Source: Phoronis australis (Eukaryota > Animalia > Phoronida). Taken from it: a stretch of DNA of 64,000 nt. The notes under the pieces were generated by a model that searched no databases, was not told the origin of the DNA, and worked only from the letters and a program-made list of their open reading frames with translations. The DNA lies in the NCBI GenBank assembly GCA_002633005.1, contig NMRA01000167.1, forward strand, positions 488,460 to 552,459, written 5' to 3'. How positions within the stretch are numbered: position 1 is the stretch's first letter; every line of letters starts with the position of its first letter. Below, one piece after another: positions 27,857 to 39,984 of this stretch. A program made the position numbers and the translations under genes.

Positions 27857-28925
27857 ACTGGTGAGCTTATGTTGTGCACTAACAAGATGAAAGAAACATT
27901 TAGAGACAGAGATCTCTTTTGGCTTAATCTAGTCTGTGTGCTGCAACACAGGTTTTAGCAGTGCTTTTTAATGAACAGTGTATGGTGGTATTGTTGTCAT
28001 GTCTTTATTGATTAAGGCATTGTCTTCTACAAATTGCTTCTGTTTAAAACATTAGGTTTTGGAAAAAATAAAGTGATTATTGCTTAACATGCACTTCAGC
28101 AAATGTTTTGAAATAGTAACTCATAGGTAGTTGGAAGTGCCTATCTATTCCGAACCTGACATTGGCATTCGAACACTGTCGATATGTTTCATTCCCTTAT
28201 GCGTGTGTTGCTACACTGGGTTATTAGGCACTTTGTGTAGTCTTTGACCTATTTTTGGCTCTTTGGACAAAGTTCCTTTGTGAGTTATGGTAACTGAACA
28301 TAGTCTGTGCTGTACTGCCAGAGACCTTGTACAATATTGTTGAAAGAGACCTATGTTATTTTATCTGCTATTTATTTCTTAAGTCACATGTCGTGTTGCA
28401 TTATGTTAGGGTTAAGCTGAAGCAGAGAATCATTTCTTGTTGTAATTGATCATTGCCATAGCTTTATGTTGTTTTATGTTATTATTTTTCAGGACAAAAT
28501 ACATGTTTGTGTTCTTAGTTGGAGTTGGACACAGTTTCCTGTGGATTCTTTTGTTACCAGGAGGTCGATGCCTGGGCGTGACTGCTTCTAATGTTTTTGA
28601 GACTGTGTTTCTGTATTAAAACACACATACATAACTTGGAAGAATAGAATCCTCATGTTCAACTTAGATGAACTTTTGTGACAGAGAGTTCTTTCACCCG
28701 CAAAACAGCAATGCTATGTTTTGAGTTGTTTATAGATGGCGCTGTATGTGTCTGGACTTGCATGTACAGTACAATGACCCTCTACATTTTGTTTGGTATT
28801 CAAACCGTGTGCTTACCGATCGGTGTTGCTGAAATAAAATGCTACCTGAACTAAATATGGAAGCCTAAGTATTCGTCTATGCCAAGTTGTAATTGGTTTA
28901 CTGGTAGACAGTTGGAATAAAAATA
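27857..28925 (+). other. Putative 3' UTR of the CCPG1-like gene with candidate poly(A) signals
   Basis: U/G-rich sequence after the stop; AATAAA near 28067, 28833 and 28916, ATTAAA near 28615. The true end is unknown. Confidence 0.5.
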
Positions 28926-31043
28926 TCGTTAGTGATATCAATGCACCTTTAAAGAGCAAACAGCTACATAATCACTGTACTGAAAGGCAAGCGAACAAGT
29001 TATGTTTTATAACACAAGGGTGTGAAGAGTGCAAAAATGAAAAATCACTTCAAATGAGGCTTTTGACCACCAGATGGCACTACAGGGCATAGTTCAAATC
29101 TTCAAGGCTTAGAATTTTTCTCTTTTAAGAGGTTTTTTTCTTTCATTTAAAGACGTTTCTTGTAGTTAAATTCTACCTCAGTCACAAAAAGTATTTATTT
29201 CAGATAACCCTATTTATTTGTGGAGGATGCATCACCTAGGAAATTTTCCTCTTAGTCATCGGTCATTCCAAGCCTTTAATCTTGCTGGCTATTGTTATTT
29301 TCTGTTATCAATCTTGGTTGATCGAGGCATAATTCAATGAGTACACGTTAGTGTTCTTGGTTGACGATTGAGGAGGATGGAGGAGCTTGTTAGACTCGTG
29401 GTGGCGATATCGTGTGGTTTATAATATCTCCATCATCACAGTACATGTACATATAGCTCAGTGGCAAGCGACTAACGGTAGTTCCAAAAGCGGTCATCGT
29501 TTCACCTTTCAGTGATACTTAGTTAGGCTTACCTCATAAACATGTGCACCGACAAAAGCGGCCTCCCCACTGCGTCTCTGCCTAAACTTGTCAATGACAA
29601 TCATCGCATTGACGTAGCGCGACGTCGAGCTACACGCATGGGATGAGATTTCCATTGTAAGCTTGCTATGCACATATACAGTGTTGTAACGGATTTTTTT
29701 GTTCACGATACCAGTGAATTTTCTTTGAATTACAAAAAAGCGACGCGGAAATATAAATAAACTTTTATTTAATAAAAATTTTCACAAGCAGGAATAAACA
29801 GGAGACAATTTTCAAGTTACTCGATTATTTGACAAATTCAAATAGTACCAAAGTCATAAACAAACACAAGATGGAATTCTGAACATTTTTTTCTGTACAG
29901 TAAGCGTTTGAAATATATAAAATGATAATTTTAGCTAGGAATTCCTTTTTGGAATTTAAGAAAACTTTACCGCATACCTCAAAATTTTATGGTTAAATCT
30001 CAAGTTTTGCTCTCTAAAATGCCAAAGTTAGTGGAGACTGGGTACAGAGTAACAGAAGTCCATCATAGTGTTCTAATTAAATGTTAAAAAACAACCTTAG
30101 TTGAAACGTTTTGGTTGAAGCGCCCCATTCTGTACTTGAACTCCGTTGACATTCTTGTTGGCTAGTAATTAAATATTCATTATTTTGTAGAATTTTGCAA
30201 TTGAGATATCGATGTATATATACCTATGTGTATGCCTGACAGGTTTAAAATACTTGTATTAGTTCTAAAAACAAAGAGTGTTATGAATATGCGAAAAAAC
30301 AGTGTAATGATAAAACCTTCCATGTACTAATTAGCTCCTTAATTAACCAATTAGTCAACCAATTTAGTGTAACGTCAATTAATAGAGTGTGTAAACGTTA
30401 CGTAACGTGATATAAAGGAAAAGAACCAGATAGGTAGACATTATACAAATGACTAAAGTTAATCCGTCAGGGAAATTGTTGCAACTGATTCAAAAGACTG
30501 GTACCCGATAAAGACAGACGGATTTTAGAATATGGATCACTCGCAGTTGTGAAGAATCATAGGCATTCATCTAAATTTATACAACTTCATATATAATTGT
30601 ACCTTTGGTGCCGTTTGATCCAAGTTAACTTCTTTTTTCCTCCAATTGAATAGCTAATTACTCCACCTATCTGAAATTTGCAGACGGGGTTATTCAGATA
30701 GTTATAATGGGCAAACATAGATACAATGTGCGTGATTTTGCCCTCAGTGCGCGGCAAACAAAATCATCTACGACATGCTATGAACATTCCCACTAAATAA
30801 AATTGGTTCTAACCCCGGTGTTTAAGGTACACGGCGGGGTATGGAAAATTGAACTAGACCGTATTTATCCACCTTGGCTGAGACGCGCTCGGCTCATGCT
30901 CAAAGGGATGCCGCCAAGCTGCTCTATTCATCGAGTCACGAGCGAGGATAATTGACTTCGCTCATGCGGATATGATCAGCTGATTACAGTCTAGCCTAAC
31001 AACTGTACTTTTTATGGAGAGAATTTTACGTAGTTTTTACTGT

Positions 31044-31596
31044 NNNNNNNNNNNNNNNNNNNNNNNNNNNNNNNNNNNNNNNNNNNNNNNNNNNNNNNNN
31101 NNNNNNNNNNNNNNNNNNNNNNNNNNNNNNNNNNNNNNNNNNNNNNNNNNNNNNNNNNNNNNNNNNNNNNNNNNNNNNNNNNNNNNNNNNNNNNNNNNNN
31201 NNNNNNNNNNNNNNNNNNNNNNNNNNNNNNNNNNNNNNNNNNNNNNNNNNNNNNNNNNNNNNNNNNNNNNNNNNNNNNNNNNNNNNNNNNNNNNNNNNNN
31301 NNNNNNNNNNNNNNNNNNNNNNNNNNNNNNNNNNNNNNNNNNNNNNNNNNNNNNNNNNNNNNNNNNNNNNNNNNNNNNNNNNNNNNNNNNNNNNNNNNNN
31401 NNNNNNNNNNNNNNNNNNNNNNNNNNNNNNNNNNNNNNNNNNNNNNNNNNNNNNNNNNNNNNNNNNNNNNNNNNNNNNNNNNNNNNNNNNNNNNNNNNNN
31501 NNNNNNNNNNNNNNNNNNNNNNNNNNNNNNNNNNNNNNNNNNNNNNNNNNNNNNNNNNNNNNNNNNNNNNNNNNNNNNNNNNNNNNNNNNNNNNNN
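31044..31596. other. Assembly gap (553 N)
   Basis: Run of N. Confidence 1.
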
Positions 31597-32313
31597 TGGC
31601 GATTCAGCGGCGACGCATCAGTCGGCAAGTTTTCGCCCTGTGATGAGCACAATTTTTTGAAAGATTATCGTAATTTAACAACGGAAGTTCATAGCAATGC
31701 ACCACAATTTTGTAGAAAGACTGTCATAGGCTAAAATTCGTCACAAAGCGTAAATTTTATGAATCCTAGCTTCCGATTTTACCCGTTTGGGAAACCGGCT
31801 TTCAACTGCCGTAGGCTACAATAAGAATCCCCTCCCCGTGAAATGATTTTTTCTAAGCGTTTATTAGAGCCAATACAGTATACAGCTTTCCACCAAGGCT
31901 AGATGATACTACGACACTATTCTTTGTTGCATTAGTAACTGGTCTTGGCTAATATTATCATTTTATGGCCTGGTCGTCCATTCAGCCAAAAGTAGTTCCA
32001 GAGGTGGCTTATCAGCCAATTATTCACGCATGCTGACTCACAATAGAAGCCTGATAAGAGTGAAGGTGGATAAATGCGGTGTTCCTACAGTTTCTTGTTT
32101 TAGTGGATGTGTTCACGACATGGAGAAATCGGCCGCGTGTCGCGTACAACATTTCGGTAATTCGGAATGAAAAACGCATAGCGTACAGATCGAGGATTCG
32201 ACTCACAGAGTCTGGCGGAACCGGCACCAGCCACCGCGGTGATACATGCCATAAAAATGTAACAGCCCAAGTTTAAGTTTAGCTTCTCATCTAATTAATT
32301 AAGTAGCCAAACG

Positions 32314-32451
32314 CATGGGCGGCGCACCCTAGCCCCCCCCGCTAGCTATAGTGCATAAGTGTCGGACACTGATTGACGAAGGCCGGGCCGGGTGGTGCAC
32401 TAAGTGGGGGTTATAGCCCCCCTCCCAGCCCCCTATGGTGCGCCGTCCATG
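32314..32451. mobile_element. MITE with CATGGGCGGCGCACC-type TIRs; related copy at 63375-63495
   Basis: Termini catgggcggcgcaccctag ... ctatggtgcgccgtccatg; internal gtgggggttatagccccc shared with the 63.4 kb copy. Confidence 0.7.
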
Positions 32452-32939
32452 CTTAAAGAACGAATCGAGTTGTAATAAAGGCCCTGCTAGCCTACTTAAA
32501 TGACAGGTGGTGTTTCTTGAATTGGTACCCGCCTAGCGGCCGTCTTGGTGATGAACTCGATCGCCTTTTACAAACGCCAGATAACTATCGAGCGACACTT
32601 TTATAATGCTTGAGTCCACTGAATTTCCACCTGTGTCCGACCATCCGGAAAATTTAGCCTTGTCCGTAGCTTCACCGTGAGCTCTGTGACAATAATTCAC
32701 ACATGATAAGTCACCCCTATCGTGTCCAGTTCGAACTGGTTTGTGTTCGTTAGTCACGTGACAGGCACTGAACGTAAACACAAACCGATCAGGAGTGATC
32801 GCCATCAGTGACCAGCGTACCTCACGGATGATTCGCTGTGCAAGTGTTTAGTAGCATTCAGTTGCAGTTTTCACCTTTCACTTGGACGGGTTACCTGTGC
32901 ATGTTTGTAGTATTACGGCCTGACTTAATTACCCGCAAG

Positions 32940-35900
32940 ATGAACCACTGCCGACCCGTTGTTCAGTTTGGGAGGCGAGCAAGCCAACTTTTTACACATC
33001 GACGACTTGCGTCATCACAAGCTGTGGTCAAGGAAGGTGGACGTAGACCTACAAACCCTGGCGAGCCAACCGATCAATTCACACCCATCTACAAGGGGGA
33101 AATTACCAATGACATGTCCGATGTAAGTGTACTCCATGTGATACCACTCTCCCTTAGTCTCCTTTGTTTCCTCTCCGCGCCGTACTTGCTCGGCTGCAAG
33201 GTCAGTGCTTGGCCGAGATGTAACGAATTAGTGCTTACAGGATTTATATCGTGATATAATTTTGCATCTATCATTACTCGACTTTTACCTACTATAAATC
33301 TTGGTGATATTGAACTTTGCGTACAGTAGGGCATGGCTAACAGGTTTAGGCAACTCGCTATGTCTACGATTGCAGTCGGGCGCAAAGTAATGTATTCATG
33401 CAATAACTTGACGTGAACTAAATTGTAAACACGGGAGGTCATTGACTTTAGTGGTGACCGGGTTAGTAAACACGTAGGCAATTACCAGCCGCCTAATCGA
33501 CTGGCAGTTTCTTTCTACACGATGTGGTCACGGTCGTTTTCAGATGTCCCGCGTCACTCGTGCCGATTGTTGCTTAAAATTAGTTCTGGTTTTTGCCGCT
33601 GATGTCGCAAGCGAACGTCATACATGTATGATGCAGGCAAACATTCAATCACTAGATCCGATTACAAAATACTTACGGCAGTACCTCGTTGGGAAAATAA
33701 GATATCACGGGCGTATTTTTGGAAATGGGGGGGTGTACTTTCGAAACTGTGTCAAACATTTTATGGCCCTGTTTTAAACAAAATATTATCGCTATTCAAA
33801 GAACAGTATTTTGTTTTGAAATGTGCCTACAAATTAGTATGGAGAAATAAGATCAAATGGCATAGTTTTTGAGTTGTTCAACAAGTCACTTGAGAACCAC
33901 CCATGCGAGAACTCTTGAAAAAAAGATCGCGGATTAATTTTTGGTGTAGAAGCAGTTCATACTAAACACTTTGGTTTTAATTAAGTGAATTTAATTTTGA
34001 GTAACCTATCGGACATTTTTAATTGCAATTTTGTATTTTAGGTTCTTCTGCGTGCTGTATATAATACTCAATTGCTTGGTAATCAAGGGACAGATCATCA
34101 CAAAAGGTAATTGGCCTACTATCTTTCGCACAAGATGAACTTTGCCGTGGGCGAGTACACCTCATTTCTCAACCATTGTTAGTTACCCTTTCGTTGTAAT
34201 TTTCGGCGTCTGTGTTAGCCATTTTCTCTAAAAAGAAGGTCTTTAGGAATGAATTACTATAAAAATAATACTGTAAGACAAGGGTTTCAGTGAAAGTCGT
34301 GCAATTTTATTTGATTTTCACCCGCAATTGAACAGGACACACAGTCATCGTGCTTCGCCATTCCTCTTATTAGGCCTACACGTTGTATCACCATCAAGTT
34401 GATGGAGGCTTCAGCTGTTGCAAGGCGCTTATTTCCTGTCTGTTTCAATGGCATGAAATTTGTTTTGCAATATTACGTTGATGTTTCGTGATTTAATGTG
34501 ATCCTATATAACCTTTTTCATATTCACTTGTATATTTAAATTGGCGGAAAATGAGAAAGCAGGCTTGTTAGGTCCTTCATGTCATCGTGGTGGAGTTGTG
34601 CGCTTGTATTATTTCTTGCACCACGAAAAAATCCCTGATTAAGTTAATTGCAAACAGAAAAACAAGTTTTTGACGTGGAGTTGATCTTAGGAAGTGTTGA
34701 ACTCAGATATAGAGAATCCTACTCGGGTTTCAGGTTTATGACATGGGCAAAACCTCTTGGAAATTTCTTCAAAATTCCAGGGCTTGCCGAGGGCTTTTGA
34801 CGAAATTTCCAAGATTCTTTGCCTATGTCGTAAACCTGAGACTCGTGTAGGATTCTCTATATCTGAAATATCCGACTCAGTTCGCAACAATCCATTGTTC
34901 TTACACCAAGTCATATGTTGCTTAGGTTACGATATGTTAATAACTGCGACTCATCCATGTGTGAAGTCTTGAGCCAAAACTTAGCCTTTGTGCCGAGACG
35001 TCTCCAGATCCCATTCTTTTGCCCATTTCCATCTAGTTAATTAAAAAAGTTGTATGAATTCCAGAAGTCTGTCTGCTGCTTCATACTGCATGGTGGCAGA
35101 CCTCACGTTGACTGCACTGGTTAGTGACTTCAAAGATTTGGGTGTTGAAGAATGCCAAATCAAGCACACAGTAAGCGATTTTGGTTCACATATATGTCCT
35201 AGGTTTTAAATGCTGATATTATTATTATTATTATTGTATTGTTTACAATTATATCATTACTAAAAAACGACTGATAAGGAAGAAAACCTTTGTTGACTAA
35301 AATTATTTTAAAACGTGTTACCCGCCTCCCGTTCAGTAACGCTAGGACCTCGCCCAAAAACAAGACTTCGCGAGAATACGCGTGATATTACCGAGTAGTT
35401 TAAATAACCGCACGTGACTTTGGCTACTGAGATTTTAGGTACATTGTAGGTCATTGCTTAGGTCCTAAGGTTACTGAACGCACACCCGGTATAACATAAG
35501 ATGACACATGATCAAGATGAAAGGACGCTTACATTCGGCACATGTATCTAAAAATTAATGTGGTGTTAAATTCTACTTTACATCGAAAAACAAGTTTTGA
35601 TTAAGGCCGCTTACCATTATGAAATTGGTCTCAAGTTGCTTTTCGAATCCCATTAAACTCTCACGTGACGCTATGAAATTTTATGAGCTATGATTGACTG
35701 ACACCAAGTTGGTATCAACCAATAACAAAGTGCCAGTTCTACTCGAACCCGCCTCCCGTTCAATAACGCTAGGGCCTAGCTAAAAAGCAAGACTTCGCGA
35801 GATTACGTGAGATATTGCCGTGTATTTTAAACGAGAACGCGTGACTTTTACTAGGTTTTAGCTAGGTCCTAGCGTAGTTCCCAGCGTCTACTGAACGCAC

Positions 35901-36728
35901 GCCTGGTGATCACATTTAAAATGAGAAAAGAACAAGACGATACCAACTTTTTAACAATAAGTGGCCTAAACCAAAACTTCTTTTTTACAAAAAAGCACGG
36001 GTATGTCGGTTTAAACGTTACTGGTGGAAATAACTTTAATCCAAACGGAGCGTAAGAGTTTCTTATATTCAATGTCTGTTTGTCTTCCTACAGAAAGAGA
36101 CTCTGTCTGTTCGTCTTGCTAGCGATGACCAGACATGCACAGTAGTGTCACAGGCGCACAACAGGGAAACGTGGCTGTTCACTCCCGATGGGTAAGTGTT
36201 AAAAACAACTGCGACAATATGTGAGAAAAGCAGACTTGGCTGCGCTCCGTAGAACCAAGACCCCCGCAAATCGTTTAAAGAAAAATGCCACCCGAATTAA
36301 TTAGTCTTTTTCACCGTCTTAATCGGTCTATATCCACGTCACCTCGTATGCGGTCGATCTTACCTCGCTGAGACGTGTCGCGTTAAGCGCGAGGAAGGTG
36401 AGAAACGACAAAGCGACGTCAGTGGTTCTTCTGCTGAGTGAGTGCCGCTATGGTGTAGTGTATCGTTCCCGCTTGTGCGAATTAGGAAGCTGCGAGGAAA
36501 GAGGGTATATCGTTTTTTCGATTTCCTCGAGAGCCCATAATGCTTCGGAAGTGGCTTGCGGTAGTGAAGAATAAAAATTACGCCGTTAATACCAACCGTT
36601 ATGTGGCCGTGAAACGTCTCCCGTGTCTGTCAGTGCTTTTGACCTGCATTTCGTCGGATCGGTTGTTGGTCAGTTATTGATTTTGCAGAATTGTAGTTGG
36701 CCATGAAAACATAAACAATTACAATTAA
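32940..36728 (+). CDS. Uncharacterised 163-aa protein, 5 exons, putative mitochondrial presequence
   Basis: Exons 32940-33122 (|gtaagt), 34042-34106 (tattttag|...|gtaatt), 35065-35170 (ttccag|...|gtaagc), 36094-36191 (cttcctacag|...|gtaagt) and 36689-36728 (ttttgcag|...TAA) join in phases 0, 2, 0, 2 to give a 492-nt ORF. The N-terminus MNHCRPVVQFGRRASQLFTHRRLASSQ is Arg-rich and lacks acidic residues. The last exon is the least certain. Confidence 0.65.
34703..34866. mobile_element. Fold-back (hairpin) MITE-like element in intron 2 of the unknown gene
   Basis: About 70-bp imperfect arms, tcagatatagagaatcctactcggg...ggaaatttcttcaaaa and ttttgacgaaatttcc...gtaggattctctatatctga, around a loop of about 20 nt. 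Confidence 0.8.
35321..35908. mobile_element. Two related 150-170 bp TIR elements (about 35321-35489 and 35748-35906) in intron 3
   Basis: Both begin cccgcctcccgttca(g/a)taacgctagg(a/g)cct, share caagacttcgcgaga, and end aggtccta...tactgaacgcac. The ends are inverted complements. Confidence 0.7.
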
Positions 36729-39164
36729 TTCAAGGCGTGAGAACGTAACGTTTTATGTAACCTGTTTGATGACTGAATCGTTCGTGAGGCTTCTGTTTGG
36801 TCCTCTGGTTGTAAGAAGTTTTCGCCAGTTCTTTTTCTCAGCCCTAAAAAACGTCGTAAGCACACCTCTGTTTAGACGCGATGCAAAATCAGGATCGTCC
36901 GTAAAACACATCTGTGCAGTTTCGCGGCTAATTCACCAAAAAATCACTTGCATATTTTTTTTCTTTGGCTCACTAATATAGTCTAGTGTAGTTACCCACT
37001 TTGGCGGGCTGGTTTATGTTCGCGATGTCTTCAGTCCGGCCGCGATGGGCTTGATCGGGTTTCGAGCCACTGGCCGGGATAGCAAGCGTTTTGTGTGTTT
37101 AGAACTGAAAAAATCGCGTCTAAAACTACAACTCACAGCTATTTTCTCCTATCTGTATTTGAATTTATTACGGAACAGACCCCAAACTCCCGCGACCGAC
37201 GTTTGTAAATTGGCCTACCTGTAGTTCAATTACCTAAAAATCCGTAACAGCGAAATAAAATAACACGTTTTTTCAATAACTCTGTGTATTTGTAAGGGTT
37301 TTACATCGAATGTTGATGATTAATTAGTGTAAAACGATGAATTAAGTAGCGATAAGCTGACACCAGTAAGCGTGTTGTGAACTATTGAACAGACTGAAGT
37401 AGGAACCTCTGCTGGCATTAGTTAATTTCAACACCTCCGTCTGCTGTCAGGTGTCAGGTAAAATAGCTGCACTTGCTGTTATCGAGTGGAAGTACTCGAT
37501 CTAAAAAGATACAAACTAGGTTGTTTTTTTGGGTGGCATTCTCTTTTAAGGCACTAAGTCTCCGCTCACCAACCAAACACTCCAGGGGCAGCCATAATTG
37601 CTTGCCATGGTCACTTTCGTAAGTTAGTAAGGTACATGTACGAGCATACTCGCCTTTCGTTTGCGTGGTCATGCTGGCGGCTACGGAATGCAGGGTCCAG
37701 GTCTCGCCTCAGTAATCTCTTACATTAATATTCTAGACTTAAAGAAGAACTGACAATTGATGTTTCTTTTGTCGAAGCGCATTACGATTGCTTGTTACGG
37801 CGGGTTAGTCTCTAAGCGGGAATTCCTCACGTTTAACAGGAGCCACCAAACTTGACCAAATTCAGTTTGAAGTTTCTGAACATGTCTCACTCTGATTATC
37901 AACTTATGACGTCATGAATCCATTGTAAGTTGTTGTATTCCAGGTCGTTTTACCAATTCAACTTTGAAGGCGGAGCATGGAAGTGTAAAAAGTCGGGACT
38001 TACACTTCAGATTATACTGTCGGCACACCTTTCCCCGTTCTTTATGAAACGTGTGCAATTTAATCGCTGTGATATCGTGGGACACCTGTATTACTAGGTT
38101 AAAGGTGAACTGTTGTGACAACATGCGCCATCATTTCCGCGACTAGTGACCTATGTGTTGCCAATATGGCGGTACCGTACGACACTGCGACAATGGAATA
38201 ACGGAGCGTTAAAACCACAATGCTGCAACCATTTAGCAGTTTAGCCACTTGAAGCTAAAATGTCGCTCTTTCGTAGTTTGGTTTTGTTCTAGAAACACCA
38301 TCCCTTTGTAGAAGTCAATTCCTAAACCCTACGTGTCAGTCTTTGGCAGAGATTCGTGGACAGCTGAATACTTTACCCAATTGAAACGGTACAAAAAGAG
38401 GCTTGTCGAAAATGAGTACATGTTTTGCAATAAAAGTTCAAAAATGAATAGTTTTTAGTGTTGCAAATCCTTCTGTATATATGTAGTTGGAAAGAAGAAT
38501 CTTTCATAGAGTTTCGGAGGGAGATGTGTTAGAAAATTCAACCTGCCGCAGTGACACTTGTCGCGAAAAATCACCCATCATAGACGAACCGCGGTGATGC
38601 ATTGACCTACTCTGTGGTGATTCCCTAACAGAATATTTCCATTTTGGCCATAACCTATGTGTCGACTGGAAGCACTGCAAACTCTTAAAGCTTGCTTTCT
38701 GTTTAAAAAGTTTTTATAGGCAACTTATCGCTATCATTGGCTTCGTCTTGTTCCTTACTCGGTTTAAAAGTGGTCTCTGGACATAGGAAGAACTGGCAGT
38801 TTCTTCTTCAGACCAAGCTCACAAACTATTTTCGACAATCACTCTCAATCAGGGTACGCCAGCATCTACATTTGAGACCATTTGCTTTGTACCGTAACCT
38901 GCAGAATGTCTCTATGGGCTGGAATTAAATTTGCATGCGACATGGCGTTGAGGACATTTAAATTTCCGTTTTGGATTCTGGGTGATGTTATTAAACTGAA
39001 GGTTTCTGTAATCTGGGACTGCGATCATTTGTGAAGGCCAGGTGAATAGAACAGAGAGTGCTTATTGTTTAATCCTGACGGGTATCGTAACAATTGTGAA
39101 AGTATCACATTCCAAAATTCTTCGAAAACTGTTGTTGGACAAAAACGTCGATCAAAGCCAGCAG

Positions 39165-39783
39165 CAGTGGCGGATTTAGAGGGGGGCCAAGGGGGCCATG
39201 GCCCGCCCTAACATTTTCCCAGATTCCATTTGGCAGTTCGAGGGTGCGAATGTCTGGCGGGCAAAATCCTGGCTAATACTCTNTGATGACGGCGCCAAGT
39301 CATTTCGATGAATTAGTGCAGACGACTAAAGCACGTGCAAACTCACTGCAGTTTTTATTATCACTTTGGCTTCTTGATATGACACCCGCACGTGCGCGGT
39401 CGGGGTTTGACTTGAGTTTAAAAACAAATAAAAAAATGGAACAGTAACATATTGTCAGTTCAGTGAGAAAGTTTCATTGTGGAAAAAGATTTTATTTTCA
39501 ACTTTTATAACCGATTTATGCGATCGTCCAGTTTAGGCCGACTGGGGGGTCTAAATTGCACCCTCTCTCGGTGAAATCAAAACGAGGCAACGCTGTAAAA
39601 AAACGAGACGGTGCCGGACATTGAATGCATTACAACGGAACAACAATTGGTGTCATTTAACTCTCAGATTATGCTTCAAGTAAGATTTTTTGAAATGTCC
39701 GATATTTAGGTTCCGTCCGATAATTAGGTACACTATGTGTAATACTCTGCCCCCCCAACTCAAAATCCTGAATCTGCCCCATG
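39165..39783 (-). mobile_element. Split copy of the 150-bp CAGTGGCGGAT MITE family (39165-39282 and about 39740-39783), broken at the N at 39283
   Basis: Reverse complement of the 42237-42388 element; the two halves are separated by an N and unrelated sequence. Confidence 0.65.
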
Positions 39784-39984
39784 GACGCTATCGTTAATGC
39801 ATGTATATAGATAAGAAAAACTTGAAAATTGCAACTTTGGAACTTACTGTTGTCCTCTGAATTAAGATTTTTAATGCGAAGATATCAGAATAGCGCACAC
39901 GCACACTGATACGTCCGTAGGAGTAGTTTATTGAAGCCCAAATGACAAACCTCGGTCGGGAGATGTCAGTGGAGTGGCGTATGT

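Noticed and set aside
31014-31652. ORFs of 208-209 aa
   Set aside because: They consist almost entirely of N-gap codons.
35037-35064. Upstream acceptor, or selenocysteine readthrough, for exon 3 of the unknown gene
   Set aside because: Stops occur in all three frames, and the TGA frame is out of phase with neighbouring exons.
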